This document shows, piece by piece, positions 60,653 through 64,000 of a stretch of 64,000 nt of DNA. The stretch's first letter is position 1. Every line of letters begins with the position of its first letter. The notes under the pieces were generated by a model that worked only from the letters and a program-made list of their open reading frames with translations, did not search any database and was not told the origin of the DNA. Made by a program: the position numbers and the translations under genes. This DNA is from Candidatus Rokuibacteriota bacterium (GTDB lineage: Bacteria > Methylomirabilota > Methylomirabilia > Rokubacteriales > CSP1-6). The DNA lies in assembly GCA_044869815.1 (NCBI GenBank), contig JBIOXS010000143.1, positions 7,563-71,562 of the forward strand, given 5' to 3'.

Positions 60653-61816
60653 ATGGCGAAGCGTCGATCCGCCGGCTCCCCGCGGTCGAGCGCGGGGCCC
60701 CCGCCCGCCGACGCGCTGGCCCTGCAGCAGCACGAGGCGGCGCTGCGCCTGGCCGCGATCGTCAACTCCTCGGACGATGCGATCGTCAGCAAGACGCTCG
60801 ACGGCGTCATCACCTTCTGGAATCCCGCGGCCGAGCGCATGTTCGGCTGGACGGCGGGTGAAGTCATCGGCAAGTCCATCACCATCATCGTTCCGGAGGA
60901 CCGGCTCGCCGAGGAAGCCGGCGTGCTCGAGCAGCTGCGCCGCGGGCAGAGCATCGAGCACTACGAGACGATCCGCGTCCGCAAGGACGGCGTGGAGATT
61001 CCGATCGCCCTCACCGTGTCGCCGATCCGGGACCTCAGCGGCACGACCGTCGGGGCCTCCAAGATCGCGCGCGACATCAGCGACCGGCGGCGCGCAGAGC
61101 ATGAGCTGGCGCAATCGCTCGCCCACGAGCAGGCCGCGCGGGCAGAGGCCGAGCGGGCGAGCCGGGTGAAGGACGAGTTTCTCGCGACCCTGTCCCACGA
61201 GCTCCGTACGCCCCTCACGTCGATCATGGGCTGGGTGCGGATGCTCCGGCAGCGCAACCTCGACGAGGAGGCCGCCGAGCGGGCTCTCGAGATCGTCGAC
61301 CGCAACTCCCAGGCGCTCAGCCGCCTCGTGGAGGACATCCTCGACATCTCCAGCATCACGATGGGGCGGTTTCGACTGGAGAGCGCGCCGGTGGACCTGT
61401 CCGCCGTCGTTCGCGCGGCCGTCGATTCCGTGCCTCCCGTGCTCGACGGCATCCGGGTGCTGGCCGTGGAGGACGAGGCCGATACACGCGAGCTCATCGC
61501 CACCATCCTGCGGCAGGCGGGCGCCGACGTCGCGCTCGCGGGGTCGGTGTACGAAGCGCTCGGTGCGCTGGCGACCGCGGCGCCGGATGTCGTCCTGTGT
61601 GACATCGCCATGCCCGGCCGCGACGGTTACGAGCTTCTCCGGGAGGTCAAGCGCCGACCGGGGCCACTGGCGCGCACACCGTTCGTGGCGTTGACCGCGC
61701 ACGTTCAGGACAGCGAGCGACGGCGCAGCCTCGCGGAGGGCTTCAGCGTTCACGTGCCGAAGCCGGTGGACCCCGCCGAGCTCATCGAAGTGCTCCGCAC
61801 CGTCAGCCGGCGATAG
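60653..61816 (+). CDS. PAS - HisKA(DHp) - receiver protein lacking an HATPase_c domain
   Basis: PAS (IVSKTLDGVITFWNPAAERMFGW), H-box FLATLSHELRTPL, then directly REC (VLAVEDEADTRELI...VVLCDIAMPG...HVPKP). An alternative GTG start lies at 60602. Confidence 0.85.
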   Translation: MAKRRSAGSPRSSAGPPPADALALQQHEAALRLAAIVNSSDDAIVSKTLDGVITFWNPAAERMFGWTAGEVIGKSITIIVPEDRLAEEAGVLEQLRRGQSIEHYETIRVRKDGVEIPIALTVSPIRDLSGTTVGASKIARDISDRRRAEHELAQSLAHEQAARAEAERASRVKDEFLATLSHELRTPLTSIMGWVRMLRQRNLDEEAAERALEIVDRNSQALSRLVEDILDISSITMGRFRLESAPVDLSAVVRAAVDSVPPVLDGIRVLAVEDEADTRELIATILRQAGADVALAGSVYEALGALATAAPDVVLCDIAMPGRDGYELLREVKRRPGPLARTPFVALTAHVQDSERRRSLAEGFSVHVPKPVDPAELIEVLRTVSRR

Positions 61817-61841
61817 TTCGAAGAGCACGAAAAGGGATTGT

Positions 61842-61850
61842 TGGTATAAT
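61842..61850 (+). promoter_or_regulatory. extended -10 promoter candidate (TGGTATAAT)
   Basis: A perfect TATAAT at 61845-61850 preceded by TGG, about 65 nt upstream of ATG 61914. A 6-bp hairpin AGTAGC/GCTACT lies in the leader. Confidence 0.45.
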
Positions 61851-61913
61851 CCGCACGGGCAAGTCCAAAGTAGCGATTCCGGCTACTTAAGCGCGCCGCT
61901 CGGAGGACTCTCA

Positions 61914-62210
61914 ATGCAGTTCCGGCAACGCCCCTGGCACGATGCTCTCCCGCCCGCCTCCGCTTCGCTCGAGGACGACGACCTCGAGGACGACGACGAT
62001 CTCGAGGATGAGGACGACGACGACGTCGATAAGATAGCTGACGACGATGAGGACGAGGACGACGAGGACGACGACTTCGACGAGGACGACGACGGGTTCG
62101 CCGACCTCGAGGAGGACGAGGACGACGACGAGGAGGAGGACGAGGAGGACGACCTCGACGACGAGGACCTCGACGACGAGGACGACGACGAGGACGACGA
62201 CGAGGAGTAG
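61914..62210 (+). CDS. hyperacidic Asp/Glu-rich small protein
   Basis: GGAGGA RBS 6 nt upstream of the ATG. 98 aa, of which 67 are D/E by my count. Coding tract is built from GAC/GAG repeats and is followed 27 nt later by the next gene on the same strand. Confidence 0.65.
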   Translation: MQFRQRPWHDALPPASASLEDDDLEDDDDLEDEDDDDVDKIADDDEDEDDEDDDFDEDDDGFADLEEDEDDDEEEDEEDDLDDEDLDDEDDDEDDDEE

Positions 62211-62237
62211 TCCATCGAACGACAGGAGGCGGGAAAC

Positions 62238-62981
62238 ATGGTGCTAGCCAGTGGAGAGGGTTGGCTGTTTCTGCTGCGGTGGTTACATTTTCTCGCCGGA
62301 ATCACCTGGATCGGCATGCTGTACTACTTTAACTTCGTGCAGACGCCGTTCTTCGCCAAGACCGAGCCGGCCGTCCGGACCGGGATGATCGCCGGCAGCC
62401 TCGTCGGCCGCGCGCTGTGGTGGTTCCGCTGGGGCGCCATGATCACGTTCATCACGGGCTGGCTCTACGTGCTCCACATCATGTTCGCCCAGTACGGGGG
62501 CGTGCGTGAGTTCTTCGCGATCGCCTACGGCTGGAAGATCTTCTTCGGCGGCATGCTCGGCTCGCTGATGTGGTTCAACGTCTGGTTCGTGATCTGGCCG
62601 GCACAGCAAGTCGTCATTGCCTCGGCCTCCCAGGTCGCCAAGGGCGGTGCCGCCATCGCGGACGCCGCACCGCGCGGCGCGCGCGCCGGCGTCGCGTCAC
62701 GCACCAACACGCTGCTGTCGATCCCGATGCTCTTCTTCATGGGCGCCGCGTCGCACCTGAGTCTCGGGAATCCCACCGGCCCGGGTCAGAAGATCGGCGC
62801 CCTGATCCTGCTGCTGGTCGTGATGGCGGCGGCGGAGGTCAACGCCATGGTCGGCCCGGCATCGCCCGACAAGGCCGGCGCCGGCAAGAAGCTGCTCGCG
62901 ACGGTGAACGGCACGCTGTGGGCGGGCTTCATCCTGACCGCCGTTCTCTACTTCGGGCTCGTCATCATCTTCCCGCGATAG
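62238..62981 (+). CDS. integral membrane protein resembling the N-terminal (Urate_ox_N-like) domain of PuuD-type proteins
   Basis: AGGAGG RBS. LLRWLHFLAGITWIGMLYYFNFVQ motif, about 6 TM segments, 247 aa. The functional assignment is tentative. Confidence 0.75.
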   Translation: MVLASGEGWLFLLRWLHFLAGITWIGMLYYFNFVQTPFFAKTEPAVRTGMIAGSLVGRALWWFRWGAMITFITGWLYVLHIMFAQYGGVREFFAIAYGWKIFFGGMLGSLMWFNVWFVIWPAQQVVIASASQVAKGGAAIADAAPRGARAGVASRTNTLLSIPMLFFMGAASHLSLGNPTGPGQKIGALILLLVVMAAAEVNAMVGPASPDKAGAGKKLLATVNGTLWAGFILTAVLYFGLVIIFPR

Positions 62982-63008
62982 CGGCGCCTCGCGCGCGCCG
63001 ATCGGCGA

Positions 63009-63040
63009 GGGCCCGGCGCTCGAGGCCGGGCCCTTCTCCT
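63009..63040. terminator. bidirectional hairpin terminator between convergent genes
   Basis: GGGCCCGGC-GCTCGAG-GCCGGGCCC, a perfect 9-bp stem, followed by TTCTCCTC. Confidence 0.55.
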
Positions 63041-63048
63041 CGCGCGCA

Positions 63049-63390
63049 CTACTGCTTCAGGTACGCGGCCAGCGCTGGGATGTCCGGCGCCAGCGTCGGT
63101 TGCGGCGGCATCACCTTCGTCGGCCGCTTGGGCGTGTAACCCGGCGGGTACTCGCCCCGGACGATCTTGGCCTCGAGCAGCTCGCGCGACACGCCCTTCA
63201 CTTCCGGACCCACTGGCCCGGCGATCGCGGGATTCGCGTTGTGGCACTGGATGCACTGCCCGAGATAGAGCTGCCGGCCGCGCGCGACGAGCGCGTCGCC
63301 GCCGGTGTCGGCGCAGCCTCCGAGGAGCGCAGCGGCCAGCACGCCGCCGACGGCGAGCAGGCGCGTGGATCGAGTGGGTACGACGGTCAT
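63049..63390 (-). CDS. class I c-type cytochrome lipoprotein
   Basis: Lipobox LLGGC and heme motif CIQCHN. ATG at 63388-63390. Confidence 0.82.
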   Translation of the reverse strand: MTVVPTRSTRLLAVGGVLAAALLGGCADTGGDALVARGRQLYLGQCIQCHNANPAIAGPVGPEVKGVSRELLEAKIVRGEYPPGYTPKRPTKVMPPQPTLAPDIPALAAYLKQ

Positions 63391-63445
63391 CGAAGCGGCG
63401 CGACTGTACGCGCCGCTCCGGCCGCCTGTCAAACGGCGCGGTGGC

Positions 63446-63766
63446 TCAGCGCGAGGCGGGAAGCGGGCGGAGCCGCGCGCGCGCGGAGCCGAGATCGATG
63501 ATGCGGGCGGGCGACAGTCGCGGCCGCCGCTCGATCAGCTCGGCGCGCTGCTCGGCCAGGGCCGCTATCGCGTCCTCGGTGAACAGCGGCGTCTGCGGCT
63601 GGCGGAGCGCCATCCGGAAGCCGGCGACGGCGAAGCGCACGCGCCAGAGCTCGGCCTGACAGCGGGTCCGCAGACGGCGCCACATCGGCGGCGCCGGCGC
63701 GATGGTGACCGCCGCCGGCACGGCCGGCAGGAAGTAGACGTTGGCGTCGCGGACGACCTGACTCAT
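63446..63766 (-). CDS. hypothetical protein
   Basis: 106-aa ORF. Its ATG overlaps the upstream stop (ATGA). No recognisable domain. Confidence 0.45.
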   Translation of the reverse strand: MSQVVRDANVYFLPAVPAAVTIAPAPPMWRRLRTRCQAELWRVRFAVAGFRMALRQPQTPLFTEDAIAALAEQRAELIERRPRLSPARIIDLGSARARLRPLPASR

Positions 63767-64000
63767 GCGAGACCCCGCTCTTCCATCAGCTCCGTGACCT
63801 GCCGGTACGTACCGGCCAGGGTCTGATCGAACGACGCCTCCAGGCGGTACGCGGTGATGGCGGCGATGACGCGCTCGCGAGCCGACTCCGCCTCCGCCAC
63901 CCTGGCCCGAGCGTCGGCCGCTCTCGCCAGTGACGCCCGCGCGTCGGCCAGCGAGCCGAGCACGCTTTCAGCGGTGCCGAGGCGCGTGGCCGCCGCTGCG
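63763..64000 (-). CDS. hypothetical coiled-coil protein, C-terminal part (continues past window end)
   Basis: The open frame runs to the window edge and ends ...TYRQVTELMEERGLA. Ala/Arg/Glu-rich helical sequence. Confidence 0.4.
   Translation of the reverse strand, partial: AAAATRLGTAESVLGSLADARASLARAADARARVAEAESARERVIAAITAYRLEASFDQTLAGTYRQVTELMEERGLA

Noticed and set aside
61914-62210. Whether the hyperacidic protein, which ends in Glu-Glu, could be the missing Pup-like modifier.
   Set aside because: It has no GG[QE] or R[ST]G[EQ] C-terminus and no helix-forming Mpa/PafA-binding region resembling Pup. It lies 46 kb from the locus and is co-transcribed with an unrelated membrane protein. 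I kept it only as a remote possibility.
61883-62317. 144-aa poly-serine ORF antisense to the acidic protein gene.
   Set aside because: It is the mirror image of the GAC/GAG repeat tract. It has no RBS, and it would overlap the RBS and start of the membrane protein gene at 62238. The plus-strand ORF has a proper RBS and operon context.

Overview
This is a very GC-rich bacterial chromosomal segment, densely coding on both strands. My spot counts of single 60-nt lines give about 67-82% GC in most genes and 50-58% in the proteasome genes. I found no transposase, integrase, phage gene or CRISPR array. kdsB (CMP-KDO synthetase) implies a diderm host, and the combination of kdsB, a Pup-type proteasome and an F420-type LLM oxidoreductase suggests an uncultured high-GC lineage; I cannot assign taxonomy from sequence alone. 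Most long ORFs in the six-frame track are GC-driven artefacts (Arg/Ala/Gly/Pro-rich, antisense or out of frame with recognisable genes). Gene content in order:
- 1-8.9 kb: tgt (partial) and queA, a SpoIID-like protein, DUF2905, ruvB, ruvA, ruvC and yebC on the minus strand, chained by 4-nt start/stop overlaps. These are followed by a double-hotdog thioesterase, a hypothetical gene behind a near-consensus sigma-54 promoter, and an orphan family-5 solute-binding protein.
- 9.2-17.1 kb: a compact mpa-dop-prcB-prcA-pafA proteasome locus with no Pup/UBact modifier ORF, followed by a coupled polytopic membrane protein.
- 17.2-26.1 kb: bactofilin, a lipoprotein-NRAMP-PRC-barrel x2 operon, small membrane ORFs with a possible truncated CtaG-like fragment, an amidohydrolase, an LLM oxidoreductase, kdsB, an MFS transporter and an MscS channel.
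- 26.4-38.7 kb: three CUT1-type sugar ABC systems (two binding proteins plus four permeases on the plus strand, one binding protein plus two permeases on the minus strand) that share a single ATPase gene, with a cupin and a beta-propeller between them.
- 38.7-49.3 kb: cytochrome c, a CusF-like protein, a Pro-rich secreted protein, an FAH-family hydrolase, apgM, an OtsA with a receptor-like N-terminal module, a small Zn-ribbon-like ORF behind a sigma-54-like promoter, a DHH phosphoesterase, mgtE, a methyltransferase and an alpha/beta hydrolase.
- 49.3-60.5 kb: an NtrC-type activator, DegP/HtrA, tilS, a fused MoaD-MoaE, an A-type Fe-S carrier, an SDR-folE-PTPS-PTPS-GT4 operon (possible pterin glycoside pathway), a crotonase, an aquaporin, an SDR and tRNA-Met(CAT).
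- 60.6-64.0 kb: a PAS-HisKA-REC protein lacking the ATPase domain, a hyperacidic 98-aa protein with a PuuD-N-like membrane protein, a cytochrome c lipoprotein and two hypotheticals.
The most interesting leads are the modifier-less pupylation/proteasome locus, the pterin-glycoside-like operon, the hyperacidic protein module, the domain-deleted kinase, the receptor-like OtsA, and several genes whose N-termini only make sense with non-ATG/GTG/TTG starts.
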